A stretch of DNA of 64,000 nucleotides from a virus, in IMG/VR virus record IMGVR_UViG_3300031519_004866, one strand, 5' to 3'. This document shows positions 27,695 to 38,168 of this stretch, piece after piece. Every line of letters begins with the position of its first letter. Position 1 is the first letter of the stretch. The position numbers were made by a program, and so were the translations under genes. Under the pieces are notes generated by a model. That model ran no database searches. It saw only the letters and a program-made list of their open reading frames with translations, and was not told where the DNA came from.

Positions 27695-28701
27695 CAGATA
27701 TTATTAAGATTGTTAATACTAGAGAAGAAGATTATATAGCAATTACATACTTCCCTACAGATATTTGTAATTTTGATTGCACGTATTGTTTTCCAGGAAG
27801 TCACCCATCTAAATATAGATACAGAAAAGACACAGACTTTGTCATTGACAACTTTAAAAAATTATTTGCTTTTTATAAATTAAAATTTAATAAATCTAAA
27901 ATATATTTTGAAATTGCCGGTGGCGGCGAACCAACACTATGGCCGGATTTATTAAAATTTTGCAAAGAAATTAAAAAAGTTCCAGACTTATCTATAGCAC
28001 TAGTATGCAACGGATCAAGAACACTTCGTTGGTGGGACACTATTATTCCCTATATTGACGAAGTTATGTTAAGTTACCATAACGAATTTACAAAAACAGA
28101 TCATTACATCAATGTAGCAGATTTGATTTGGGAGAATGGTAAGAAAGTAAATGCTATGGTATTAATGGATTATCCTAATTGGGATAAGTGTATCGATGCA
28201 ATTGAACAAATGAAACAAAGTAAATACAACTGGTTTATAAATGCAAAAGAAGTAGTAACTGCTCCAGGGCACGATGTAGAATCATATACTTTAGAACAAA
28301 AAGAATATTTAAAACAACCTATTAAGCGGTTGCCTGATTCAAGTTATATACTAAACAATCTACAAGATTATAGAATGGTCGAAAGTGTTGCAATACTTAA
28401 TAACGACAAAGTAGTTACAGCAGGTCCTAATTATTACTTAATAAACTCTATTAATAATTTTAAAGGATGGGCATGTAACGTAATATCTGAAAAAATAACT
28501 ATTTTTCCTTCTGGCAAAATAACAGGATCGTGTAATATAGACTTTGATTATGATTTAAATTTATACTCGACCACGTTAGAAAAAGACTTAAAACAAGTTA
28601 CATTACCTTATGTAACATGTACTATGAATTGTTGTGCTTGTCTAAGTGATAATCACATTACAAAATCAAAGCCAGCTATTATTCCTGCAGTACCTTTGTA
28701 A
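27691..28701 (+). CDS. Radical SAM protein 4
   Basis: CNFDCTYC, GGGEPT, CNGS, C-terminal Cys cluster. Confidence 0.9.
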   Translation: MTDIIKIVNTREEDYIAITYFPTDICNFDCTYCFPGSHPSKYRYRKDTDFVIDNFKKLFAFYKLKFNKSKIYFEIAGGGEPTLWPDLLKFCKEIKKVPDLSIALVCNGSRTLRWWDTIIPYIDEVMLSYHNEFTKTDHYINVADLIWENGKKVNAMVLMDYPNWDKCIDAIEQMKQSKYNWFINAKEVVTAPGHDVESYTLEQKEYLKQPIKRLPDSSYILNNLQDYRMVESVAILNNDKVVTAGPNYYLINSINNFKGWACNVISEKITIFPSGKITGSCNIDFDYDLNLYSTTLEKDLKQVTLPYVTCTMNCCACLSDNHITKSKPAIIPAVPL

Positions 28702-29602
28702 GAGGTATATCAGCAGCACACGTACACCATTTACGAGTACAAGTTATCCATTCTTCAGGCTGCTCAAAACTGCCATCATAGATGTTACCTATACTTCCAC
28801 CTACTCTACAAGTAGCACGATGTACATCGCCATCCCAATTAATCATTAGGCTTTCAATTCCTGCACTGCATTTCCAACCTTTAAATTGATTTAGGTGTTG
28901 TTTAATAACATCGTTGGCATGCATCTTAGTTGTGTCGTCAATAATTACATTAGGATTTACGGTAGACGTTCTGTCTAATATCCATTCTAAATCTTTACCT
29001 TCATATTTCAAATCATCAAACACATCATGGTCACCTTCTGTCCATCGTATTCGTCTTACAACATAAGGAATACAGTGTCCATCAAACATTGTAGCACACT
29101 CTTTTACTCTATCCATAAATTGATGATGTGCCATTAAGTTAACTTGAAATGGCTTTTGTGTATACGCACCTTCATTTAATTGAGAAAACAATAATACTGT
29201 TTCTGCGCATCGTCTCCAATTTTCAGTATCTTCTACGTGCAAACTAAACACAATGTGACTTACATTAAGATCGTTGTAGTACTCGGCTGTGCGGGTTCCG
29301 TTGGTAGTTACGTTAACCCACTCAAGCTGTTGACCTTGCATTGCATGATCAACTAGTTCTACAAACTGTGGATGAACACACGGCTCACCGCCTGTGAAAC
29401 TTACACGTATTGGCTTGCCAATTTCCCCTAGTGCATCAACTGCATCTAACAATACTTTAATATTTGTGTGTGGGCTAGTGTTGTCATGAATTGCTGCTGG
29501 GCAATAACTACAATCTAAGTTACAGCGTTTACCTAAATTCCATTCAACATGAACGCTATCTTGTCGATCATAACTAGAAGCTATTTTAAACATACGGCGC
29601 AA
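28679..29602 (-). CDS. Radical SAM protein 5
   Basis: CNLDCSYC, FTGGEP, TTNG, C.AG...C...C...C.C. Confidence 0.9.
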   Translation of the reverse strand: MRRMFKIASSYDRQDSVHVEWNLGKRCNLDCSYCPAAIHDNTSPHTNIKVLLDAVDALGEIGKPIRVSFTGGEPCVHPQFVELVDHAMQGQQLEWVNVTTNGTRTAEYYNDLNVSHIVFSLHVEDTENWRRCAETVLLFSQLNEGAYTQKPFQVNLMAHHQFMDRVKECATMFDGHCIPYVVRRIRWTEGDHDVFDDLKYEGKDLEWILDRTSTVNPNVIIDDTTKMHANDVIKQHLNQFKGWKCSAGIESLMINWDGDVHRATCRVGGSIGNIYDGSFEQPEEWITCTRKWCTCAADIPLTKVLQE

Positions 29603-30857
29603 ACTCTGGATTTATAACTTCAAACGGTCCTTGCTTACGACTTTTGTCTAAGTTACGATTAAAGTTAATACAGTCTTGCCATAACTCGTCGTGTAAATCG
29701 TCTGCTTGTAAGAAGTTAATATTATCCTGAATCTGCGTTAATGTAAAATCTTTAATTCTGCTATCACTTTTTACAAGTTTGTAATCTAAAACTTTTTCTT
29801 TCATTGCTTCTAGTTTATCAATTACTTGTAGTTTTAGTTCATTAGGAATAACCTGTGCTGATAACGCCTTAGGATATTGTACTCTATGACTGTAGAATAT
29901 AATTTCCATGTTCTCCATAAAGTACTCAATTACTTTATCAATTTGCATTATATTGTTTGACTGTACAGTAAATGCTCCAACAATTCTACTAACTGTAGGA
30001 ATTGTTTTCATAATTTTAATATTTTCTTCAATCTCAATAAACTTGCCATTGCCTCTAATGTATTCATAGATATCGTGTATACCGTCTATGCTTACATTAA
30101 CAGCAACACTTTTAAACTTAGGCCAATATTCGTGTACAGTTCGACCGCCCTTAATACCAAGTGTAGTTCCGTTAGTAGCATACTTTAATTCAATGTTCTC
30201 TCCATACGGTGCTAACATATCTAAAATTTTATAATGTTGAGGATCCATTAATGGTTCGCCGCCTGCAAACTCTACTCGTCTAAAGTAGGGCAATAGTTTC
30301 TTAAAACTACTCCACCAATTATCTGTATCTTCAAATGCATCAATATATTGACCTGGCTTTTTAACCAGTGCATTAACTGTTGGAATGAGAAAGTTATTTT
30401 CTTTTTTGTAAAATTCTGTAACTTGATCCCAGTCTTTCCATTGTGTGCTATCTAACGGGTTACACATACGACATTTAAGATTACATAAGTTGTTTAACTT
30501 TACTTCCATTGTAGGTATTTCAAATGGCATTGAATAATCATCTTCTAAGGCGTCTAATGCATTAGGATATAAATTAATCCTAGCTTCTGGTATAACACCT
30601 TCTATATGTCGCTGACGTAAACTTTGAACTCCTTGGTCTTCTAACCTAAAACAAGGTGCGCATACTTCAGGTCGTTCGTCATTCATTACCTGCCGGCGTA
30701 CCTCTTTAATCTTGTCTCCGTTCCAAATTTCTTCTAGTGTGTTATCTTTGATATCGCCAATAGGAGCACTGCGGCAACAAATCTTAATTGCGCCATCTTC
30801 TCTAGTTGCTAATCCTGTAAAAGGATGCATACAAAAAGTTTTACTGTTGCATGGCAT
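29586..30857 (-). CDS. Radical SAM protein 6 (N-terminal Twitch-like domain)
   Basis: FCMHPF...ICC...C..C; CNLKCRMC; FAGGEP; start revised to 30857 (SD GGAG). Confidence 0.92.
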   Translation of the reverse strand: MPCNSKTFCMHPFTGLATREDGAIKICCRSAPIGDIKDNTLEEIWNGDKIKEVRRQVMNDERPEVCAPCFRLEDQGVQSLRQRHIEGVIPEARINLYPNALDALEDDYSMPFEIPTMEVKLNNLCNLKCRMCNPLDSTQWKDWDQVTEFYKKENNFLIPTVNALVKKPGQYIDAFEDTDNWWSSFKKLLPYFRRVEFAGGEPLMDPQHYKILDMLAPYGENIELKYATNGTTLGIKGGRTVHEYWPKFKSVAVNVSIDGIHDIYEYIRGNGKFIEIEENIKIMKTIPTVSRIVGAFTVQSNNIMQIDKVIEYFMENMEIIFYSHRVQYPKALSAQVIPNELKLQVIDKLEAMKEKVLDYKLVKSDSRIKDFTLTQIQDNINFLQADDLHDELWQDCINFNRNLDKSRKQGPFEVINPEFAPYV

Positions 30858-31581
30858 TGGTAACTCCCCATTGTCTTTCTTGGCACCAAAAACATTTTTT
30901 ACATGTTGGAACATATTGTCCTGGCTTGTATGTTGCGTAGTCTAATCCTTTAAACACTTCCGGATATTGCTCATTATCACCTTCGCAACTTCTTGTTATA
31001 TTGAGTAACTCGGCAATATCATATTTTATAAATTGCCCAATAATCCAATCTTTTCTAGTTTCTATAAATGGGTGACAAACTGTAACTCCCATATGTAACA
31101 TTATAGCATCTATTGATGGTGTTTGTCTATCATTTAATGCACCTTCTAACTCTACATCGGGGTTTAATGTTACTCCTGCAAACCATGCATCTAACTTTTC
31201 CTTGTGTGCTAGATACTCATTAAACGATCGTAAAATAATTCTGTTTCCAGATTTCATTTTACCATTTTCGTCTTTGATCATAGTTGTGTGTGGTTCTTCT
31301 AGATCGGGTGGTATAAAGTTTGTGTGTCTTATAAATTCAAGTTCTGGAAATTTAGCAATAAACCAATCAAACACTTCAGCTGAAATGTGTTCTTGCCATG
31401 GCCTTGTTTTCCAACAGCGTATCTGTGTACTAATATGTACCCTGCAATTTACAGGTAAATTTTTACATACCAAATATGTTAATAATGCACTGTCTGCGCC
31501 ACCGCTAAGGCTTATGCCAATATTTCTCCATTTTGGATCAATGGGGAAATCTACATGATCTATTTTAATCCACTTACGCAT
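30841..31581 (-). CDS. QueC-like PP-loop ATPase
   Basis: SLSGGADSALL PP-loop; TRSC...CKKCFWC.ER zinc motif; start revised to 31581. Confidence 0.75.
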   Translation of the reverse strand: MRKWIKIDHVDFPIDPKWRNIGISLSGGADSALLTYLVCKNLPVNCRVHISTQIRCWKTRPWQEHISAEVFDWFIAKFPELEFIRHTNFIPPDLEEPHTTMIKDENGKMKSGNRIILRSFNEYLAHKEKLDAWFAGVTLNPDVELEGALNDRQTPSIDAIMLHMGVTVCHPFIETRKDWIIGQFIKYDIAELLNITRSCEGDNEQYPEVFKGLDYATYKPGQYVPTCKKCFWCQERQWGVTNAMQQ

Positions 31582-31586
31582 GATAA

Positions 31587-31630
31587 TATTTACCAAGTTC
31601 TGTACGCAGTTAATACAGTTCCGGTAAATA
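31587..31630. promoter_or_regulatory. Back-to-back leaderless late-type promoters
   Basis: Minus TAAATA(31587-92) ttatc ATG(31581); plus TAAATA(31625-30) ttagt ATG(31636). Confidence 0.7.
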
Positions 31631-31635
31631 TTAGT

Positions 31636-32298
31636 ATGCTAGAAAAAACAACATACACAGTCCCCTTGGAAATGCTTAGTTTGGTTGATGTTAACGAGCT
31701 TAACGGCAAAACTTCAATTAACAAGCCAACTGGAAATTTCTTTTACGATCCGTGGATTATATCTGCTGATTATAGAGACACTGTATGGCATAAAATTTTA
31801 CAAACACTAGATTGCTCTAATATTGGTGAAGCACGAGTTATAGTTTTAAATTCTCCAAGCTGCTATACCAAACATGCAGACATTGACGATCGCTGGCATT
31901 TAAATATATTTGGCGATCAAGGATATCTAATTGATCTTGACACTGAAATAATGCACAAAACAGAACAAGATGGCATTTGGTACAAAATGGATGCTGGTGT
32001 TATGCATACTGCTATAAGTGTTGGCGAGCATAAAAGAGTCCAACTAATTGTAAGAGAACTTTTAGAACGTAACAAATTAGTTGACCCAGTAAAAGTATGG
32101 ATATCATTAGTAGGTAACAATCCAAGATACGTGTTTGATAACACACTAAGTCCTTGGCTTAACAAAATACATAAACAAAAACTAATGTCAAATTTTGAAG
32201 CAGGCAGCACTATGGTTAAATTTGATATTGAAAAAGAATTACTTGCAGAACTTAACAAAGTGAAGCCAGTGCAATTTACAATAGGAATATATGAATGA
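31636..32298 (+). CDS. 2OG-Fe(II)/Asp-Asn beta-hydroxylase-like oxygenase
   Basis: HADID..H...HTA...R facial triad pattern; start revised from 31555. Confidence 0.75.
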   Translation: MLEKTTYTVPLEMLSLVDVNELNGKTSINKPTGNFFYDPWIISADYRDTVWHKILQTLDCSNIGEARVIVLNSPSCYTKHADIDDRWHLNIFGDQGYLIDLDTEIMHKTEQDGIWYKMDAGVMHTAISVGEHKRVQLIVRELLERNKLVDPVKVWISLVGNNPRYVFDNTLSPWLNKIHKQKLMSNFEAGSTMVKFDIEKELLAELNKVKPVQFTIGIYE

Positions 32299-33209
32299 AA
32301 ATACTAATGACAGGAAGTTCCGGTTTTATCGGACAACACTTAACTGCTAGATTAAAAGATCACAACGTACATCACATGGTAAGTGACCTTCGAGATCATA
32401 AAGCAGTCACTGACGAAGTAATAGCTGTTAAGCCTGACATCATTGTACATCTAGCAGCACGTACAGAAGTTGAACAAAGTTTTTATGAACAGATTACTTT
32501 CAGTGAGATTAATTACGTTGGTACTGTTAATTTAATTGAAGCAGCAGCAAAAGTTAAAAATTTAAAAAACTTTGTATTTGCTAGTACTATGGAAGTTTAT
32601 GGGTGGCAACCTATTAGTGACGAAGTTGAAAAACATACTATACCAGATAACTTTGTAGCCTTTGATGAAAATACACAACCTAATCCAAATGCTCCATATG
32701 CAGTTGCTAAGTACGGATGTGAAAAATATTTAGAATACGCACATCGTTGTTTGGATCTTCCGTTTACTGCATTTAGACAAACTAACTGCTATGGTAGAAA
32801 AGACAACGACTATTTTGTAACGGAACAAATTATTAGCCAGATGCTAGTTAGTGATGAATGTAACTTAGGGTACGCAGAGCCATATCGTAATTTTATACAT
32901 GTAACTGATATGCTAGATGCATGGCAAACTGTAATAGAAAACCCGGACAAATGCAATGACGGAATGATATTTACAATTGGTCCTGACAACCCTATCAAGA
33001 TCAAAGACTACGCAGAACTAATTGCAAAGAAGATTGGGTTTACAGGTAAGATTAACTGGAACACAAAACTTTTCCGTGCAGGAGAAATTTATTGGTTAAA
33101 CAGTAACAACACCTTAATTACTGAACGATTAGGATGGGAACCTAAAGTTAGCCTAGACGAAGGTCTAGATAAAACAATTGACTATTGGAGAAGTAAACTT
33201 GAAGGATAA
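32295..33209 (+). CDS. NAD-dependent nucleotide-sugar epimerase/dehydratase
   Basis: TGSSGFIG, HLAA, STMEVYG, YAVAK (YxxxK), R.F.HV.D. Confidence 0.92.
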   Translation: MKILMTGSSGFIGQHLTARLKDHNVHHMVSDLRDHKAVTDEVIAVKPDIIVHLAARTEVEQSFYEQITFSEINYVGTVNLIEAAAKVKNLKNFVFASTMEVYGWQPISDEVEKHTIPDNFVAFDENTQPNPNAPYAVAKYGCEKYLEYAHRCLDLPFTAFRQTNCYGRKDNDYFVTEQIISQMLVSDECNLGYAEPYRNFIHVTDMLDAWQTVIENPDKCNDGMIFTIGPDNPIKIKDYAELIAKKIGFTGKINWNTKLFRAGEIYWLNSNNTLITERLGWEPKVSLDEGLDKTIDYWRSKLEG

Positions 33210-33891
33210 TTGGAAACCATATCTTAAGTTTGATCCAGTTGGGTGGCCGTGTATGGCTCAACAAACTTATGAACCACTTGTAAGCGAAGACGGCACAACG
33301 TTTTGTAAAAACTATGATGTTGATAGCGAATATCAAAAGATGGAAGGTAAAGACCGTCCTCTATACACCAAAGAAGTTGTTGATTGGTTTTTTCAAAACG
33401 AACTAACATATCTTGAACTTTTTAAAGACAAACCGTATGCTCCGGAAGTTAAAGACATTGATTACAAAAATCAAAAGATTTATCTCAAATGGTACGGTAA
33501 AAGTTGTAATCAAGTAATATACGATAAACAAAGCGAAGGCTGGCCAGAGTATATGTGGCGCCAACAAATTAGAGATATTATAGTTGATCAGTATGATGAA
33601 GGTATCTATAAACTAACAATGTATCCACATTGTCATTACATAGACAATCACAGACAGATGAGAGCTATCGACTGGTATGGGTGTGTTCCTATTGACGACC
33701 CATATATTGAATTAAAATACATGGATGGTATTATACATGATACAGCACAATTTAGATTAGATGAAACAGGTGCACCTATTGACGATAAAGTAAATTTAGA
33801 AATTATGTTTAAGCGTAGTTTGAGTACACATGTGTTATGGGGAGATGAAAACATGAGTTACATACACAAGGAAATATTTGGAGATGGCTAA
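33178..33891 (+). CDS. Protein-kinase-like fold protein A
   Basis: F.NE..YL...P.V..ID...IYL.W pattern and AIDWYG (DFG-like); paralog of 38158..38853; likely TTG start at 33199. Confidence 0.5.
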   Translation: MTIGEVNLKDNWKPYLKFDPVGWPCMAQQTYEPLVSEDGTTFCKNYDVDSEYQKMEGKDRPLYTKEVVDWFFQNELTYLELFKDKPYAPEVKDIDYKNQKIYLKWYGKSCNQVIYDKQSEGWPEYMWRQQIRDIIVDQYDEGIYKLTMYPHCHYIDNHRQMRAIDWYGCVPIDDPYIELKYMDGIIHDTAQFRLDETGAPIDDKVNLEIMFKRSLSTHVLWGDENMSYIHKEIFGDG

Positions 33892-34462
33892 ACTAGTTGG
33901 ACTTACAGAAAATATAATCGACTGGGATCCTATTGTTGATCTTTGTGCCAACTGCACAACAGGCGATTACAATTCTGTTAAAACAGTTGTTGATCGTTCA
34001 GAAGGCAACTGGAGAGAAAATCCTGAATTACTAGGATCGTATCATGACGTTATCGATACTTGGGATAACGCAGGTTACAATTTAGATGAAATCGAATGGT
34101 GGGATTATTATCCAGGAGACCATTTTGATATTGATATACAAAACAAGTTTGCAAAAATTATAGATGCAGAACCGTTAAGAGTGTTTGTTAGCGATGTTAG
34201 ACCAGGCACAAATGTTCCATATCATTGGGATGTAGAAGATAAAGAAGAAGAATGGTTAGCACTTGGCGAACTTAAACGTTGGGTATGTTTTATGGATAAG
34301 CCACGATGGGGTAATGTGTTAATACTAGAAGACCAAGCATTTCATAATGTAGCTCAAGGCGAGATATGGGAATGGGATAGTTATCGTAGTCATCATGCTG
34401 GAACAAGCTGTGGTATACATCACCAATACTTGTTTCATTTTTTAGGAAGGCCAAACAAATGA
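33884..34462 (+). CDS. 2OG-Fe(II) oxygenase-like protein
   Basis: PG...PYHWD ... W.W......HHAG. Confidence 0.75.
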   Translation: MAKLVGLTENIIDWDPIVDLCANCTTGDYNSVKTVVDRSEGNWRENPELLGSYHDVIDTWDNAGYNLDEIEWWDYYPGDHFDIDIQNKFAKIIDAEPLRVFVSDVRPGTNVPYHWDVEDKEEEWLALGELKRWVCFMDKPRWGNVLILEDQAFHNVAQGEIWEWDSYRSHHAGTSCGIHHQYLFHFLGRPNK

Positions 34463-34986
34463 AAAACTTAGGCGTATGTGATACAATAGATTGGAACAAC
34501 GTTATTGCACAATGTGCTAGTGTTGATCCTGAGTTTGTAGGTCCAAGCCACAAACGTGGAGATACAATACCTGGACTAGATCCTATACTAGATATGTGGG
34601 AACAAGCAGGATATAAAACTGTACACGAAGGTGGCACAGCAGGATGGGATATGTTTATGCCCGGCAAGCAATTTGATCAAAGTGTAGCAGATGCATGGAA
34701 TGAATTTTATGGATTAAAGTGTGAAAACATTTGGATAAGCAGAGTATGGCCCGGACGGTTTGCTCCTATACATTGGGACGTACACGATGACGAAGTTAAC
34801 TTGCCCGACTGCCCAAGATATCATAGCCATATAGGAGAACCGCAATGGGGCCACATTTTTATTGCAGATGAAGAAATATTTTATAACCAGCCACAAGGTA
34901 CAACTTGGGAATGGACTGATAGAAAGATATGGCACGCCGGAACTAATTGCGGGTTAGTGCCTAAGTATATATGGAACGCATGGTAA
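34459..34986 (+). CDS. 2OG-Fe(II) oxygenase-like protein
   Basis: PG.FAPIHWD ... WHAG.N; tandem paralog of previous gene. Confidence 0.75.
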   Translation: MKNLGVCDTIDWNNVIAQCASVDPEFVGPSHKRGDTIPGLDPILDMWEQAGYKTVHEGGTAGWDMFMPGKQFDQSVADAWNEFYGLKCENIWISRVWPGRFAPIHWDVHDDEVNLPDCPRYHSHIGEPQWGHIFIADEEIFYNQPQGTTWEWTDRKIWHAGTNCGLVPKYIWNAW

Positions 34987-35585
34987 TGGAAAATATTTTA
35001 TATTTAGATCATCCATGGATCATGGTTTACAAAGATGTGTTAGACGATGAAACTTGTGATAAGTTTGTTAAAAAGTATGACGAGTTAGGAATGAATCCAA
35101 ACGCAGGATTAGAATCTAGAGAACAAACATACGGACAGATTACAGAAGAAGTAGAACAGCGCAGTATTAGTTGGGACACTTCACCTGAAGATAGACAGTT
35201 TTTTAGAGATAAAATTTGCGAAGTATTAAAGATACCTGACAGCCATATTGAAGCTGGTGACATTTATAGATATGATACTGGGCAGTACTTTGGCCTACAT
35301 CATGACTTTCCGTACACACCTGAAGATATTGCGTACTATGCCAAAGGCGGCGATAGAAAAGCAACTGCAATCTTTTGGTTGAATGACGGATACGATGGTG
35401 GAGAATGCAAGTTTCCTGAATTAGCCGTTAGTGTTGTACCTATGAAAGGCGGCATGATGTATTTTGAATACGACTACGATGATGAAATAATCAATAAAAT
35501 GACAATACACGAAGGCATGCCAATTACCAAAGGCGCAAAATGGATAGCAGCTTTCTTTATTGCCAACGGTCCGAGGGTAGAATGA
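34986..35585 (+). CDS. Prolyl-4-hydroxylase-like 2OG-Fe(II) oxygenase
   Basis: Y..GQYFGLHHD, R.AT..FWLN....GGE..FP, HEG.P...G.KW; start revised to 34986 (TAATG). Confidence 0.88.
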   Translation: MENILYLDHPWIMVYKDVLDDETCDKFVKKYDELGMNPNAGLESREQTYGQITEEVEQRSISWDTSPEDRQFFRDKICEVLKIPDSHIEAGDIYRYDTGQYFGLHHDFPYTPEDIAYYAKGGDRKATAIFWLNDGYDGGECKFPELAVSVVPMKGGMMYFEYDYDDEIINKMTIHEGMPITKGAKWIAAFFIANGPRVE

Positions 35586-36040
35586 AAGTTGTAGTATTAG
35601 GCGGATCAAAAGGTTTAGGGCAACTCCTTTCAGCATATTTCAAACTTAAAAATTCTGATGTAAAAGAGTTTAGTAAAAACAGTTCGTTTGATGAAGTAAT
35701 TGCAGTTGCTAAAACTTGTGATGTTTTTGTTTGTAACGCTTACGCAGACGGCATGCAAATAAACTATATAGAAACACTAAAAGACTATAACATCAAAATT
35801 ATAGTAAGTGGTAGTATTGCAGCAGACTCTCCTGATCCTAATATGCCTGTGTATAGTCTAGACAAAAAGAACCTGCGTGAAAGAGTAATTGAATTATCAC
35901 AATCTCGTAATACATGTAAAGCAAGTATACTGTTATTAACACTAACAGGAACAGCAGTAAAAGAATATCAAACAATACACAATACATTAGACTATTGGCT
36001 GGAAAATGACACAATTAACGAAATTAGGTTTACAATATAA
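35582..36040 (+). CDS. Short SDR-like oxidoreductase
   Basis: VVVLGGSKGLG, D.F.CNA, Y..DK; start revised to 35582. Confidence 0.7.
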   Translation: MKVVVLGGSKGLGQLLSAYFKLKNSDVKEFSKNSSFDEVIAVAKTCDVFVCNAYADGMQINYIETLKDYNIKIIVSGSIAADSPDPNMPVYSLDKKNLRERVIELSQSRNTCKASILLLTLTGTAVKEYQTIHNTLDYWLENDTINEIRFTI

Positions 36041-36643
36041 ATGACTAAAAAAATAGTAATCACAGGACACACTAGCGGTATTGGTAAAGCAATTTTTGAT
36101 AAGTTTAGCGAACGCTACAGAAGCCATGAGATTATAGGTATGAGTCGTAGCAACGGATACGACATTGAAAAAGATTTTGATAAAGTTGTAGATGAATCCG
36201 TCGGTGCAGAAATTTTTATTAACAATGCTTATAGAGATCAGCAGCAACTAAAATTATTTAATGCACTCAAAGACAAAGTAGATATGATGGTTGTTATGGG
36301 CAGTGTAAGTAGACTTTACCCTGAACTTATTCCCACAGACTATGTACAAGATAAACAAGCTCTTGCAGAAGCATGCCGCTTAGAAAGTATTAATCCTAAT
36401 GGTATTCCTGTGTTGCATTTAGACTTAGGCTTTCTCGAAGGAACTACAGTAAGTGGAGATGATCCTGCAGAATTTTTAAGTGACTCTACTACTCCTTTAG
36501 AAGATGTAGTAGATACTATTATCTTTTGGGCAGGCAAGCCTACTATTAGACAAGTTGAATTTCGTTGGAAGCTGACAGATCATCTACGTGCAGAACTAGA
36601 GCGTATTAATCCTAACTTAGACCCATCTCGGATACAGTTCTAA
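36041..36643 (+). CDS. SDR-like oxidoreductase
   Basis: ITGHTSGIG, FINNA, Y...K. Confidence 0.78.
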   Translation: MTKKIVITGHTSGIGKAIFDKFSERYRSHEIIGMSRSNGYDIEKDFDKVVDESVGAEIFINNAYRDQQQLKLFNALKDKVDMMVVMGSVSRLYPELIPTDYVQDKQALAEACRLESINPNGIPVLHLDLGFLEGTTVSGDDPAEFLSDSTTPLEDVVDTIIFWAGKPTIRQVEFRWKLTDHLRAELERINPNLDPSRIQF

Positions 36644-37174
36644 ATTTTCATAAAACTTTTCAGGATGTATTTCCCACACAGTTTGATCAGTGTGTCTGTA
36701 ATGCACTTCTTTTACTTTACTAACAATACCTATCTTTGCTAGTGTAGGAAAGTAATAACTGTGAACAAGTCGTTGACTTGCTTCTTTACTAGCATTTGAA
36801 GTAGCAAACACTCTACCTTTATCCCCAACCCATTTTAAACATTGCGGAAGTAAAAATTGATCAGTTAAGTTTTGATGTTGTGCTACAAGACGTTTGGGTG
36901 TAATAAGGCCTTTGTCTTTACGTGCTTCTGCAAAGGTGCATACACGAGTTAGTATACGATAGCCTCCTGGAACAACATCGTCAAATGAATGTGCAGCAAC
37001 ACTACCTATAGCTTGTCCATCTTTATATAATATCCATGCTTCCCACTCACGCTCACTGCGAAAGCAGTCAATCATTGCTGCCTGACTACTGTTATTTTTA
37101 AATCCTCTACGCTCTGCTTCTGCATAAAAGTTAGATAAGTCTAACAGGTCGTTCCACTTAGATAGCTTGTACAT
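36617..37174 (-). CDS. Putative GNAT-like acetyltransferase
   Basis: ILY.DG.AIG.VA...YRILTR pattern; weak motif-level call. Confidence 0.45.
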   Translation of the reverse strand: MYKLSKWNDLLDLSNFYAEAERRGFKNNSSQAAMIDCFRSEREWEAWILYKDGQAIGSVAAHSFDDVVPGGYRILTRVCTFAEARKDKGLITPKRLVAQHQNLTDQFLLPQCLKWVGDKGRVFATSNASKEASQRLVHSYYFPTLAKIGIVSKVKEVHYRHTDQTVWEIHPEKFYENLELYPRWV

Positions 37175-38168
37175 TTATTTTTCTTTTGTTAGGCAACACC
37201 ATCTCCGGTGTTTTAGTAAAGTCGTCGCCGTTCTTAGGACACATTTGACATTGTTTAACAGATCTATATTTGTCTAAGTTAAACTGTGCTACTTCCTCGT
37301 CTGTACAAGTTTCTAAATCCAACGGCTTGTACTCTAAATACATTTGCCAATCAGGGTCATCTAAACTATTATGATGTGATAAGAATCTATGTAGTGTTCC
37401 TAGTGAGCCACACTTCCATAGCTTCTTGTCGTGCATATATGTACACCATGGACTACAACACCCTCTTTTATACGATGAAGTGGGATCACCTTCGTTATAT
37501 GGTTTAGGCTTTCCAAACTCATCAATATAATGATGTTTTTGAAATGTGCCGTATTGTTTGTAGTATAGACCGTGCTGTTCTTTTAAGAAAAACAAATCAT
37601 GTTCTAACCCACCGTTTATATCTTCGTGTGTAACACTTAACAGGTCCAGCCAACCTTGAAACAAAGGATCTTGCTTTTCATTCTTAAAGTCAAATATTTT
37701 GTAAAACCAATCTACAGGATCTAACTGAGGATATTGAATTCTTTCTTGAACTTCAATTGCTGCCTGCCTAACTTTATTTGATAATTTTTTATCTTCAAAC
37801 TGTGCAAAGTGATCACTAACAATTAGTAATACCTTGTATTTTTCAATTAACTCTACGCACCATTCTCTATTCTTTGATAATAATGCTCCATTAGTAGGAC
37901 ACATAATAACTGTATCAGGTGCAATAGACCTAATGTATTTTGCTAGTTCAATAATCCTGTCCATGTATAAAAGAGGCTCGCCACCTAGCAGTGTATAGTT
38001 TTCAATTTCAAACTTTTCACTTGCAAGTCTTATGCCTTCTTTGATATTTTCTAAATCTTTGTCATACTCGCCCTTTCTAAATATATCGCTACGTACATCA
38101 CATTGTGAACAGGTAAGGTTACACATGTTTCCATAGAACACATCAAGTATTTTTAATTTAGGCTGCAT
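37158..38168 (-). CDS. Radical SAM protein 7
   Basis: CNLTCSQC, LLGGEPLL, TNG, C-terminal CC...C...WKC...C.MCP. Confidence 0.9.
   Translation of the reverse strand: MQPKLKILDVFYGNMCNLTCSQCDVRSDIFRKGEYDKDLENIKEGIRLASEKFEIENYTLLGGEPLLYMDRIIELAKYIRSIAPDTVIMCPTNGALLSKNREWCVELIEKYKVLLIVSDHFAQFEDKKLSNKVRQAAIEVQERIQYPQLDPVDWFYKIFDFKNEKQDPLFQGWLDLLSVTHEDINGGLEHDLFFLKEQHGLYYKQYGTFQKHHYIDEFGKPKPYNEGDPTSSYKRGCCSPWCTYMHDKKLWKCGSLGTLHRFLSHHNSLDDPDWQMYLEYKPLDLETCTDEEVAQFNLDKYRSVKQCQMCPKNGDDFTKTPEMVLPNKRKINVQAI

Noticed and set aside
31555-31635. 42-nt head-to-head overlap of 30841..31596 and 31555..32298
   Set aside because: Artefact of longest-ORF calling; starts at 31581 and 31636 match the promoter motif
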